NCBI GenBank assembly: GCA_018883245.1
Contig: VEQL01000003.1
Span: forward strand, 80,478-144,477
Length of the DNA stretch: 64,000 nt
Direction of reading: 5' to 3'
Origin: Chthoniobacterales bacterium
GTDB lineage: Bacteria; Verrucomicrobiota; Verrucomicrobiia; Chthoniobacterales; JACTMZ01
Shown: positions 35,193-46,716 of the stretch, piece by piece
Numbering within the stretch: the stretch's first letter is position 1
Layout: every line of letters begins with the position of its first letter
Notes under the pieces: generated by a model
Database searches by the model: none
Seen by the model: the letters and a program-made list of their open reading frames with translations, nothing else
Told to the model about the DNA's origin: nothing
Position numbers and translations under genes: made by a program

Positions 35193-37596
35193 CCTCCCGG
35201 CTTCGCACTCACCGGCGACGATGGGGAAACCCGCTCCCGCATTCGTGTTCGATCCGCTTCCCGAATGGCCGAAAGACGCCGCCCCATCTGTTTATCCCTT
35301 CGTTCGACCGAATCTGCCGGGCGAGGCACCAACCCCCGACCCGCTGCGGAACACGAGCTTCGACGCCGACCTCGCGCATCGCGCGTGCACGGAGCTGGTC
35401 TCCTACGCGCTGAGGCCGGTCGCACACCATGCGTCCCCCGCAGGAAGTTTCGTTGTCCACGACGCCGGCCTCGAAATCGAAGTGCGCGGCCCCGGCGAGT
35501 TGCGCTTGGACTTCGGCGTCGTAAGTGCAGGCTGGCTGGAGTTCGAGTGCGATTCGCTCCCGGAAGGCGTGACGCTCAGCATCAGCGAATACCTGCGTCC
35601 CGCCTTGGTGAACGCCGGGGCGGTCAATCCGGTGAAGACCGCCCGGCCCATGCGGGTCGCGGGCTCGACCTGGCGCCTGACGCTCAACCCCGAGTTCTAC
35701 GAAGGCGTGCGCTTTGGCTGGCTGCACGCCCCCGAAGTAGCCCCGTGGCGGCTGCGCAACCTCCGCCTTGTCTGCCAAGCCCGGCCCGCGAACTACCTCG
35801 GCTCCTTCTCGTGCGACGATCCCATCTTGGAACAGATCTGGGAGGTCGGAGCCACGACGGTGCGGCTCAATTTTCTCAAGGACTACATCGGCGCGATCCT
35901 CATGGAACGCAGCGACCGCCACTCGTGGACAGGAGACGCCCATGTTTCCCAGGCCGTGGCCATGCCGGTGTTTGGCAACTTCGGCTTTGTGCGCGCCAAC
36001 CTCGACCGCACCGCGGGCGACACCAACGGGATCGAGGGCTTCTCGCTGTATTGGATTCTCTCGCTCCTCGACTACGTGTTGTGCTCCGGCGATCGCGAAG
36101 CGCTCCGCCACTACCTGCCGACCGTGCGCGCGAAGCTCGACCACGCCATGTCGGTCGTCTCCAAGCGGCTCCCGCTGGTCTTTTGCGGACACGACGACCG
36201 GACAGGTGGCGCCTTCGAAGAGCCCGACATCGAGGAGAACCGCCGCTTCTTTCACTATCTCGCTTGGAGAACCGTGCGGGCGGTGCGAGATGTGCTCGAC
36301 TGGATCGACGGCGACGCCAAGACGGCGGAATGCTGCGACCGGTGCGAGTCCTTGCTCTCCGTCAATCGTCCCCCCGCGATTGAGGCGGGGCTGCACGAGG
36401 GAACCGAGGCGATCCTCGCCGGCCAGCCAGTGGATGCCGCGTTCCTGGAACGTGAATACCAAAACCCCGCGCGTTTCGTCTCCTACTCGCCATTCAACAA
36501 TTTCTTCGTGCTTCAGGGCATGACCGCGGCGGGCTGCCACACCTCCGCGCTCGCTTTGCTCAAGCGATGCTGGGGTGAGATGCTCGCGCTCGGTGCCACG
36601 ACGTTCTGGGAATCGTTCCGGCCGGAGTGGCGCGACTTTCTCCCCGCCTGCGAGCAGATCCCCAACGGCATGCATGGCTTCACCAGCCTCTGCCATCCGT
36701 GGAGCGCCGGCCCGACACGCTGGCTGACGGATCATGTGCTCGGCATCCGCCCGATCTCCCCGGGCTACGCCGACTTCGTGTTCGATCCGATTTCCGACAG
36801 GCCCCGCATCGTTTCAGGATCGGTGGCCACGCCGCATGGAGTCATTCGCGCGGGCATTGATGACGACGTCGCTTGGGTCGAGGTGCCCGCAGGCTGCCGC
36901 TGTCATGTGAACGGCCGCGCCTGCCCGGCCGGGCGGCACGAGGGCCTGTCCCTGCCTCGCTCGAAATCGTCGAACACGGCCGCGCCCGAGCCGCGATACG
37001 CCGGCCGCTGGGAACCGGACGGCACGCTGGCGGACGCGATGTCGGGAGGAGCCGAGTGGATCGCGTTCTCGGCCCAGGCGCCAGACGCGGACCTGAGCAA
37101 AATCCGCTCCGCCACCGAGGTCATCGTGCCCGACCAGCGCCCCCACGGTCGGGCCTGGAGACACCATTACGCCGATGTGCAAGGCCCCTTCTCCGGAGCG
37201 CTTCGCACCTGTTATCCCTCCGTGGTTCAACAAACCTTCACAGTGGATGTGCGGCGTCCGAAGAGCGTTGCCTACCGCCTTGGCATCTATTGCCGGGACC
37301 TGCACCGCGAAGGGATTCGCCAAACGGTGGAGGTCCTCGGGCTCGACAGCAAAACCCTGCTCGCCCCGACTCGCCTGCTTGAAAATTTCCAAGACGGGCT
37401 AGTCCTCTGGATCGGCTGCACCGGCGGCGTGCGTATCCGCATCTGCGACTTCCCGGGCATAAACGCTTCCCTCAACGGGCTCTTCTTCTCAACCCAGACC
37501 ATGCCACATGGCCACCCACCCAACACCGGCAGAGTTTGCCAAGCCAACGAACCAGTTTCGTCCCTGGCTGTTTCTGGTCCTCAACGACGAGCATGA
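35188..37596 (+). CDS. GH78-like (alpha-L-rhamnosidase family) six-hairpin glycosidase with C-terminal extension
   Basis: 802 aa. ERSDRHSWTGDAHVSQ resembles the GH78 R-D-E-R-x-G-W-T-G-D-A motif. TTFWESF...SLCHPWSAGPTRWLTDHVLGIRP resembles the (alpha/alpha)6 catalytic domain end. No signal peptide seen. Confidence 0.6.
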   Translation: MNLPASHSPATMGKPAPAFVFDPLPEWPKDAAPSVYPFVRPNLPGEAPTPDPLRNTSFDADLAHRACTELVSYALRPVAHHASPAGSFVVHDAGLEIEVRGPGELRLDFGVVSAGWLEFECDSLPEGVTLSISEYLRPALVNAGAVNPVKTARPMRVAGSTWRLTLNPEFYEGVRFGWLHAPEVAPWRLRNLRLVCQARPANYLGSFSCDDPILEQIWEVGATTVRLNFLKDYIGAILMERSDRHSWTGDAHVSQAVAMPVFGNFGFVRANLDRTAGDTNGIEGFSLYWILSLLDYVLCSGDREALRHYLPTVRAKLDHAMSVVSKRLPLVFCGHDDRTGGAFEEPDIEENRRFFHYLAWRTVRAVRDVLDWIDGDAKTAECCDRCESLLSVNRPPAIEAGLHEGTEAILAGQPVDAAFLEREYQNPARFVSYSPFNNFFVLQGMTAAGCHTSALALLKRCWGEMLALGATTFWESFRPEWRDFLPACEQIPNGMHGFTSLCHPWSAGPTRWLTDHVLGIRPISPGYADFVFDPISDRPRIVSGSVATPHGVIRAGIDDDVAWVEVPAGCRCHVNGRACPAGRHEGLSLPRSKSSNTAAPEPRYAGRWEPDGTLADAMSGGAEWIAFSAQAPDADLSKIRSATEVIVPDQRPHGRAWRHHYADVQGPFSGALRTCYPSVVQQTFTVDVRRPKSVAYRLGIYCRDLHREGIRQTVEVLGLDSKTLLAPTRLLENFQDGLVLWIGCTGGVRIRICDFPGINASLNGLFFSTQTMPHGHPPNTGRVCQANEPVSSLAVSGPQRRA

Positions 37597-37613
37597 ACGC
37601 GGTCCTGGCGAAA

Positions 37614-37648
37614 GCCGCTGCACCGCAGGAAGAAAACGAAATCATGAA
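37614..37648 (+). repeat. Direct repeat copy 2 (35 bp) immediately 5' of and including the czcB start
   Basis: Identical 35-mer, 2456 bp downstream of copy 1. In the czcC reading frame it again encodes PLHRRKKTKS-stop. Confidence 0.95.
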
Positions 37649-38597
37649 ACTCATCCTAACCATCGCCATCATTGCCGTCGCCGCGTCAGCGCTGAATGCC
37701 GGGCCCGGCCACGATCATCCCGAAGAACCGGGCGGAGCCGCAGTGCAGGGCGGGCCTGTGGAGTTGACGCAACAACAGGCCGACAATCTCGGCCTGCAGA
37801 CTGTTGAAGCGGAAATCACCGAACTGGCGCCGACCTTGGAAGTGCCGGCCGTCTTCGTTCTGCCGCCCGAACGCCACGCGCGCATCACGGCGCCGTTTGC
37901 GGGTCGCGTCACCGCGCTCCTGGCCAAGCTCGGCGATCACGTGCAGCGCGAACAACCGCTTTTGCGTGTCACTCCGTTGGCCGTGGGAAGTCCGCCGCAG
38001 GAAATCAAAGCCCCGCTCGACGGGGTCATATTCGAACAGGATGCGGTCATCGGCCTCCCTTTCACTCCGGAAACCACGCTCATGCAGACAGGCGATTACC
38101 GCGAGTTGCTGGCACGCGGGAGTTTTTACCAATCGCCCGAACTGACGCGCGTCGAGCCCGGGCAAAAGACCGTGGTCTTGCTCGACGTTTTCCCGGGCGA
38201 ACGCTTCGAGGGCAAGGTGCAGCGCGTTGATCCCGGGCACACGGATGGCAGCGCGTTCTTCCACATTTACGCGCTGGTGCCGAATCCCGAAGACAAGCTG
38301 CATCCGAACTATCGCGGACGCATGCTCATCGAAACCGGCGCGCCCCAGACCGTTGTGGCCGTGCCGCGACGTGCCGTCCTCGGCCGATTGGGAGCGAAGT
38401 TCGTCTATGTGCAGACCGCACCGCTGCATTTCGAGCGGCGCGAGGTGGTCGCCGGTCTGGTCTCGGGCGACCGCGTGGAAATTGTCGAGGGCGTGCTGCC
38501 CGGCGATGCGGTTGTGACCAACGGCCACTACCAACTGCAATACACCGGGGGCGGCGGGGCACCCGCCGAAGAAGCCGGTCACGATCACGCGCACTGA
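37644..38597 (+). CDS. czcB: Efflux RND periplasmic adaptor (CzcB/HlyD family)
   Basis: ATG at 37644 gives the signal/anchor MKLILTIAIIAVAASALNA. Barrel-sandwich hybrid and beta-barrel regions. HDH motifs at both ends (GHDHPEE, GHDHAH). Confidence 0.85.
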   Translation: MKLILTIAIIAVAASALNAGPGHDHPEEPGGAAVQGGPVELTQQQADNLGLQTVEAEITELAPTLEVPAVFVLPPERHARITAPFAGRVTALLAKLGDHVQREQPLLRVTPLAVGSPPQEIKAPLDGVIFEQDAVIGLPFTPETTLMQTGDYRELLARGSFYQSPELTRVEPGQKTVVLLDVFPGERFEGKVQRVDPGHTDGSAFFHIYALVPNPEDKLHPNYRGRMLIETGAPQTVVAVPRRAVLGRLGAKFVYVQTAPLHFERREVVAGLVSGDRVEIVEGVLPGDAVVTNGHYQLQYTGGGGAPAEEAGHDHAH

Positions 38598-38601
38598 TCC
38601 C

Positions 38602-41744
<3,143 letters not shown>

Positions 41745-41748
<4 letters not shown>

Positions 41749-42170
41749 AAAACCTCGTATTTATCGTCACATCCATCTTCGCGCTCGCGCTGTGTCTGCG
41801 CGCCGGAGAAAACCACGACCACGGCCACAGCCACGAACACATTGCCATCCCGCCGACCTTGCCAGAGGTGCGCGTCGAGATTGCTGCGCAACAGAAAAAG
41901 CTGTCCGAGTCCCTGGCCGCACGTGATGCCAAAGCCGCCCACGAGGCGACAGATGTGATGGCCGCCTTGGTGCTGGCCATTCCGGGAAAAGCGGAGGGGT
42001 TGGATGAAACAACCCTGCAGCGACTCAAAGGTATGGCAAGCAACGCGGCCAGGGCCTGGGGGAATGTGGCGCACGACGCCGAGCATGGCGACTATGACAA
42101 AGCCGGACGCGAAGCGGTCAAAGCGGATGCCGCCTATCGGCTCATCGAGGCAAGACTGGCGAGGCAGTGA
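41745..42170 (+). CDS. Small secreted His-rich helical protein (putative metal-binding accessory protein)
   Basis: ATG at 41745 overlaps the czcA stop (ATGA). Signal peptide MKNLVFIVTSIFALALCLRA, then GENHDHGHSHEH and an all-helical Ala-rich body with a further HDAEHGD. Confidence 0.5.
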
Positions 42171-42191
42171 TGCAAGGCGGGGGAAGGCGGG

Positions 42192-43361
42192 CTATCGCCC
42201 CGGGGCCATTTCGAGAAGGTGGCCTTTGAGGTAGGAGGATTCGGGGATGCCGAGGATGACGGGGTGGTCGGCGCGCTGGGTGTAGCTCGCGCGGAGGCGG
42301 GCGGTTTTCCTGGCATCGACCATGGCATCGCGGATGACGTCGAGGAAGATGGCGTCGCTGACGTGGTGGGAGCAGCAGAAGGTGGCAAGCAAGCCGCCGT
42401 TGCCGAGGAGCTGGGCGGCACGGAGATGGATTTCTTTGTAGCCGCGGAGGGCATCGTTCAACCGCGCGCGGTCGCGGGTGAAACTCGGCGGATCAAGGAT
42501 GATGAGGTCGTAGGCTTCGCCGCGGCTCACCGCGGTTTTCAGCCAGTCGAAGACGTTGGCTTCGGTCACATTCAAGCGGACGTTATTGCGTTTCGCGTTG
42601 GCTTCGATGGTGGCGCAGGCGTCGGCGGAAATATCGAGGGCCGTGACTTCGCTTGCACCGGCCAGGGCGGAGGCAAGGGCGAAACCGCCTTGGTTGCTGA
42701 AGCAGTCGAGAACGCGTTTGCCTTTGGCGAGCTGTGCCACGAGGGCATAGTTGTCCGCTTGGTCGAGGTAGAGTCCGGTTTTTTGTCCGCCGGGGAGATC
42801 GATGCCGAAATTTATGCCGCCGAGAGGGACCTCGAAGGGCCCGGGGGCTTTGCCGCGAAGGATCGAGGTTGTCAGTTCGAGGCCCTCGGCTTTTCGCACC
42901 GGTGCGTCGTTGCGCTCGATGATGCAGGTCGGCTTGAGAATTGCTTCGAGGGCATCGGCGATGAGATCTTTGCGCCGATCCATCGCGAGGGTGAGCGTCT
43001 GCATCACGACGCAATCCCCGTAGCGGTCGAGGATGACTCCCGGGAGTCCGTCGCTTTCACTCCAAACTTCGCGGCGGGCTCGGGGATCGAGGCCGAGCTT
43101 GTCGCGGTATTCCGATGCCATTGCGATGCGGCGCGCGAAAAAATCGCCATCGAGGTCTTGGCGCTGACGCGAGAATCGGCGGGCGGGGATTTTGGAGCGG
43201 CTGTTGTAGATCGCGCTGCCGACAAAGCGGTCTCGCTGGTCTTTCAGTCCGACCACGGAGCCGTCCTCCGGATTTCCGGTGACTTTGAGAACCTCGTTGT
43301 CATGGACCCAGTCGTGTCCGTGAAAAACGCGCGCACGGGGGCGGACGATGACGTTCGCCAT
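42192..43361 (-). CDS. rlmI: Class I SAM-dependent rRNA (cytosine-C5) methyltransferase, RlmI-like
   Basis: The ATG at 43361 gives MANVIVRPRARVFHGHDWVHDNEV (PUA-like N-terminus). SAM-binding VLDCFSNQGGFAL and ILDPPSF motifs. Confidence 0.8.
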   Translation of the reverse strand: MANVIVRPRARVFHGHDWVHDNEVLKVTGNPEDGSVVGLKDQRDRFVGSAIYNSRSKIPARRFSRQRQDLDGDFFARRIAMASEYRDKLGLDPRARREVWSESDGLPGVILDRYGDCVVMQTLTLAMDRRKDLIADALEAILKPTCIIERNDAPVRKAEGLELTTSILRGKAPGPFEVPLGGINFGIDLPGGQKTGLYLDQADNYALVAQLAKGKRVLDCFSNQGGFALASALAGASEVTALDISADACATIEANAKRNNVRLNVTEANVFDWLKTAVSRGEAYDLIILDPPSFTRDRARLNDALRGYKEIHLRAAQLLGNGGLLATFCCSHHVSDAIFLDVIRDAMVDARKTARLRASYTQRADHPVILGIPESSYLKGHLLEMAPGR

Positions 43362-43366
43362 ACTGT

Positions 43367-44542
43367 TCAGTATTCGAGGATGGCCTCGGGGCGGACCACA
43401 GCCGAGGTGTCGCCCGGTTTTTCCGGATATTCGAAGACGCGGCCCTCGTAGTTGCGCAGGACAATTTTTTCTTTGTCGTGATAGAGGACGTATCCGGGGC
43501 TGACCGGCACTTTTCCGCCGCCGCCGGGGGCGTCGATGACAAACTGGGGCACGGCGTAGCCGGTGGTGTGGCCGCGCAAAGCCTCCATGATCTCGAGTCC
43601 TTTGGCCACGCTGGTGCGCAGGTGCGCCGAGCCGTGGATGAGATCGCACTGGTAAAGGTAATACGGACGCACGCGGCAGCGCAGGAGTTTGTGGATGAGC
43701 GCGCGCATCGTGTCGGCGTCGTCGTTCACCCCGGCGAGCAGAACACTCTGGTTGCCGAGAGGGATGCCGGCGTCGGCGAGGCGTCCGAGCGCGTCGCGCA
43801 CCTCGCTGGTCAGTTCGCGCGGGTGGTTGACGTGCACGCTCATCCACAGCGGGTGGAATTCCCGGAGCATCGCGCACAGTTCCGGCGTGATTCGCTGGGG
43901 GAGGAAGATCGGGACGCGCGAGCCGATGCGGAGGAATTCGATATGCGGGATGGCGCGCAGTCGTGAAAGAATTTTCCGGAGCTTGTCGTCCGAGAGCAAA
44001 AGCGCGTCGCCTCCGGAAAGGAGGACGTCGCGGACTTCGGTGTGTTTTCCCAGATAGTCGAAGGCCTGCTCGAAATCGGTGTCCAAATCCTGACCAGAGG
44101 CGCCGCTGACCACGCGGCTTCGCGTGCAATAGCGGCAATAGCTGGCACAGCGGCTGGTGACGAGGAACAGCACGCGGTCGGGATAGCGGTGCACCAAGCC
44201 CGGCACCGGCATGTGGGAGTCCTCCCCGCAGGGGTCGGCCATTTCGCCCGGCTTCACCGTGGCCTCGCCCGGCAGAGGGATGACCTGGCGGCGTATCGGG
44301 CAGTCCGGGTTGTCAGGCTCGATCAGGTTGAAGTAGTGAGGGGTGACGGCGAAAGCCAGCTTGTGCGAGGTGAGCAGCAATCCTTCGCGCTCGGCCGGGG
44401 TGAGGCGCAGGTGCTTGTCCGCCTGGTCGAGCGTCATTACGCGGTTGCGCAACTGCCAGCGCCAGTCGTTCCACTCGGCTGCGGGTGTGCCCGGCCAGAA
44501 GCCCGGCGCGTGGCTGGCGAATTCGCGTTCGGGTGCGCTCAT
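43367..44542 (-). CDS. kamA: KamA-family radical SAM aminomutase (lysine 2,3-aminomutase-like)
   Basis: W-x-DW-x-WQLRNR N-terminal motif and CASYCRYCTRS cluster. The ATG at 44542 is chosen because the longer ORF would overlap murA. Confidence 0.8.
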   Translation of the reverse strand: MSAPEREFASHAPGFWPGTPAAEWNDWRWQLRNRVMTLDQADKHLRLTPAEREGLLLTSHKLAFAVTPHYFNLIEPDNPDCPIRRQVIPLPGEATVKPGEMADPCGEDSHMPVPGLVHRYPDRVLFLVTSRCASYCRYCTRSRVVSGASGQDLDTDFEQAFDYLGKHTEVRDVLLSGGDALLLSDDKLRKILSRLRAIPHIEFLRIGSRVPIFLPQRITPELCAMLREFHPLWMSVHVNHPRELTSEVRDALGRLADAGIPLGNQSVLLAGVNDDADTMRALIHKLLRCRVRPYYLYQCDLIHGSAHLRTSVAKGLEIMEALRGHTTGYAVPQFVIDAPGGGGKVPVSPGYVLYHDKEKIVLRNYEGRVFEYPEKPGDTSAVVRPEAILEY

Positions 44543-44561
44543 GGATGCGACGTTCGACGAT

Positions 44562-45821
44562 TCAGGCGACAACGCGTTCAATCCGTGCCCCGACATCGTT
44601 GAGTTTTTCGTCGATGTGCTCATAGCCGCGGTCGATGTGGTAAACGCGGTTGATTTCGGTGATGCCCTCCGCAGCCAGGCCGGCCAGCAGAAGGGCGGCC
44701 GACGCGCGCAGGTCGCTGGCCATCACGGGGGCGCCGCTGAGTTTCCCGTTGCCGGAGATGACAGCGGTCGGGTGCTGGAGTTTTATCTGCGCCCCCATGC
44801 GGGAAAGTTCGGCCACGTGCATGAAGCGCTGCGGAAAGACGTGGTCCGTCACCACGCTCACGCCGGGCGCGCGGACGAGGAGGGCGCACATTTGGGCCTG
44901 CATGTCGGTCGGGAAGCCGGGGTAGGGGCTGGTCTCGAGGTGCAGCGGCTTGACCGCGCCGTTCGGACGGATGGTGGCGGATCTTTGCGTAGTCTCGACG
45001 TGGAAACCGGCGCCGCGCAGGGGTTCGATCACCGCGTCGAGATGGTCCGGGCGGACATTGTTCACGGTGAGTTCCTCGGCCGCGATGGCCCCTGCCACCA
45101 ACATGGTGCCGGCCTCGATGCGGTCGGGAATCACCGTGTAATCCGTGCCGTGCAGTTCCTTCACGCCTTCGATCGTGATGTGGCGCGTTCCGGCGCCGCT
45201 GATTTTCGCGCCCATGGAAACGAGGAAATTGGCCAGATCGACGACTTCGGGTTCCTCGGCGGCGTCGTGGATTTCCGTGACGCCGTCGGCTAGCACCGCG
45301 GCCATCATCACGTTGTCCGTGCCCAGCACCGTGGTGCCGTGGGTGCCGCGCATGTTGACTCCGTTGCCGCGCAGTGCGGGGGCAAAAAGTTTGACGTTGC
45401 CGCCCTGCACGCGCACGGCCGAGCCGAGCGCCTCGAATCCGCGCAAGTGAAGGTCGATGGGGCGGTCGCCTATGACACATCCTCCGGGCAGCGACACGCA
45501 GGCCTCGTGTTCGCGTCCGAGGAGCGGGCCGAGCACACAGACCGAGGCGCGCATTTTCCGGACCAGCTCGTAAGGCGCCTCGGTGCGGATTTTCTCCGCC
45601 TTGATGCTGACGGTCCCGCTGGCCCGTTCCACTTCACAGCCGAGGTGGCTGAGGATGGTGAGCATGTAGTGGATGTCGCTGAGGTCGGGCACGCCGCGGA
45701 TGACGCAGCGTTCGCGGGTGAGGAGTGCCGCTGCAAGGATCGGGAGGGAGGAATTTTTCGATCCGCTCACGCGCACCGAGCCGCGGAGTTTGTGCCCGCC
45801 GTGAACGAGAATTTTATCCAT
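44562..45821 (-). CDS. murA: UDP-N-acetylglucosamine 1-carboxyvinyltransferase
   Basis: 419 aa. MDKILVHGGHKLRGSVRVSGSKNSSLPILAAALL is the canonical MurA N-terminus. Full-length EPSP-synthase fold. Confidence 0.93.
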   Translation of the reverse strand: MDKILVHGGHKLRGSVRVSGSKNSSLPILAAALLTRERCVIRGVPDLSDIHYMLTILSHLGCEVERASGTVSIKAEKIRTEAPYELVRKMRASVCVLGPLLGREHEACVSLPGGCVIGDRPIDLHLRGFEALGSAVRVQGGNVKLFAPALRGNGVNMRGTHGTTVLGTDNVMMAAVLADGVTEIHDAAEEPEVVDLANFLVSMGAKISGAGTRHITIEGVKELHGTDYTVIPDRIEAGTMLVAGAIAAEELTVNNVRPDHLDAVIEPLRGAGFHVETTQRSATIRPNGAVKPLHLETSPYPGFPTDMQAQMCALLVRAPGVSVVTDHVFPQRFMHVAELSRMGAQIKLQHPTAVISGNGKLSGAPVMASDLRASAALLLAGLAAEGITEINRVYHIDRGYEHIDEKLNDVGARIERVVA

Positions 45822-46665
45822 GGAAGCCGAGCGCGAAGCGCGGGATGTTTTGATAATCCGTCTGCACGGAAATGTCGCGCAATTTGCGCTGGTTCATCAA
45901 GGCGCCCACTGCATCGGCTTGTCCCGCACCGATTTCCATCAGAATCGCCCCGCCCGGCGAAAGGCGCTGCCCGGCCGCATCGACCAGTCGCCGGATGATA
46001 TCCAAGCCGTCGGCGCCACCGTCCAAGGCTGTTACCGGGTCATGGCGGACCTCACCCGGGAGAGCGGCGATTTCGGCTGACGGAATGTAGGGAAGGTTGG
46101 CGACAACAAGGTCGGGCGCGGTGTCTTCGTCCGGCAGCAGGTCGGCCGCGGAGAAAACCACGCGTGCGGAAACACCGTGCCTTGCGGCATTCTCCGCTGC
46201 GAGGGAGAGAGCCTCGGCGGAGATGTCGGTTGCGCGCACGTCGGCATCCGGAATCTCCAAAGCCATGGTGATCGCAATGACGCCGCTGCCGGTGCCGACA
46301 TCGAGAACTTTGCGTGCACCGCGATCTTTGGCGATCCGCAGGGCGATCTCGACGAGCTGCTCGGTCTCGGGGCGGGGAACCAGGGCGCGTTTGTCGCACA
46401 AAAATGTCCGGCCGTGGAATTCCACCGTGCCGAGGATGTGTTGGAGCGGCTCGCGCGCGCCGCGGCGCTTGATCATCTCGCGGAGCGGCGCGCGTTCCGC
46501 CTCGCCAAGCGGCCGGTCGAATTGGAGGTAAAGCTCCATGCGCTTCAGGCCGAGCACATGGGCAAGCAAGTGCTCGGCGTTGAGGCGGGGGCTCTCGACG
46601 CCTCGACCCGCGAGATAGGACTCCGCGCCGCGGAGGACTTCCAAAAGTGGAAGGGTGTCAGGCAT
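45814..46665 (-). CDS. prmC: Release-factor glutamine N5-methyltransferase PrmC/HemK
   Basis: 283 aa. SAM motif VLDVGTGSGVIA. Catalytic tetrapeptide reads NLPY rather than NPPY. Located immediately downstream of prfA. Confidence 0.85.
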   Translation of the reverse strand: MPDTLPLLEVLRGAESYLAGRGVESPRLNAEHLLAHVLGLKRMELYLQFDRPLGEAERAPLREMIKRRGAREPLQHILGTVEFHGRTFLCDKRALVPRPETEQLVEIALRIAKDRGARKVLDVGTGSGVIAITMALEIPDADVRATDISAEALSLAAENAARHGVSARVVFSAADLLPDEDTAPDLVVANLPYIPSAEIAALPGEVRHDPVTALDGGADGLDIIRRLVDAAGQRLSPGGAILMEIGAGQADAVGALMNQRKLRDISVQTDYQNIPRFALGFHG

Positions 46666-46716
46666 GGCGATTTGTCGCCGGAGAATGCTTCATTCCAAGA
46701 AGCACGGCTGCCGTTT

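Noticed and set aside
35209-36735. 508-aa minus-strand ORF and other alternate-frame ORFs across the GH78-like gene
   Set aside because: These are shadow ORFs. The plus-strand frame carries the GH78-like motifs and is bracketed exactly by the 35-bp junction repeats.
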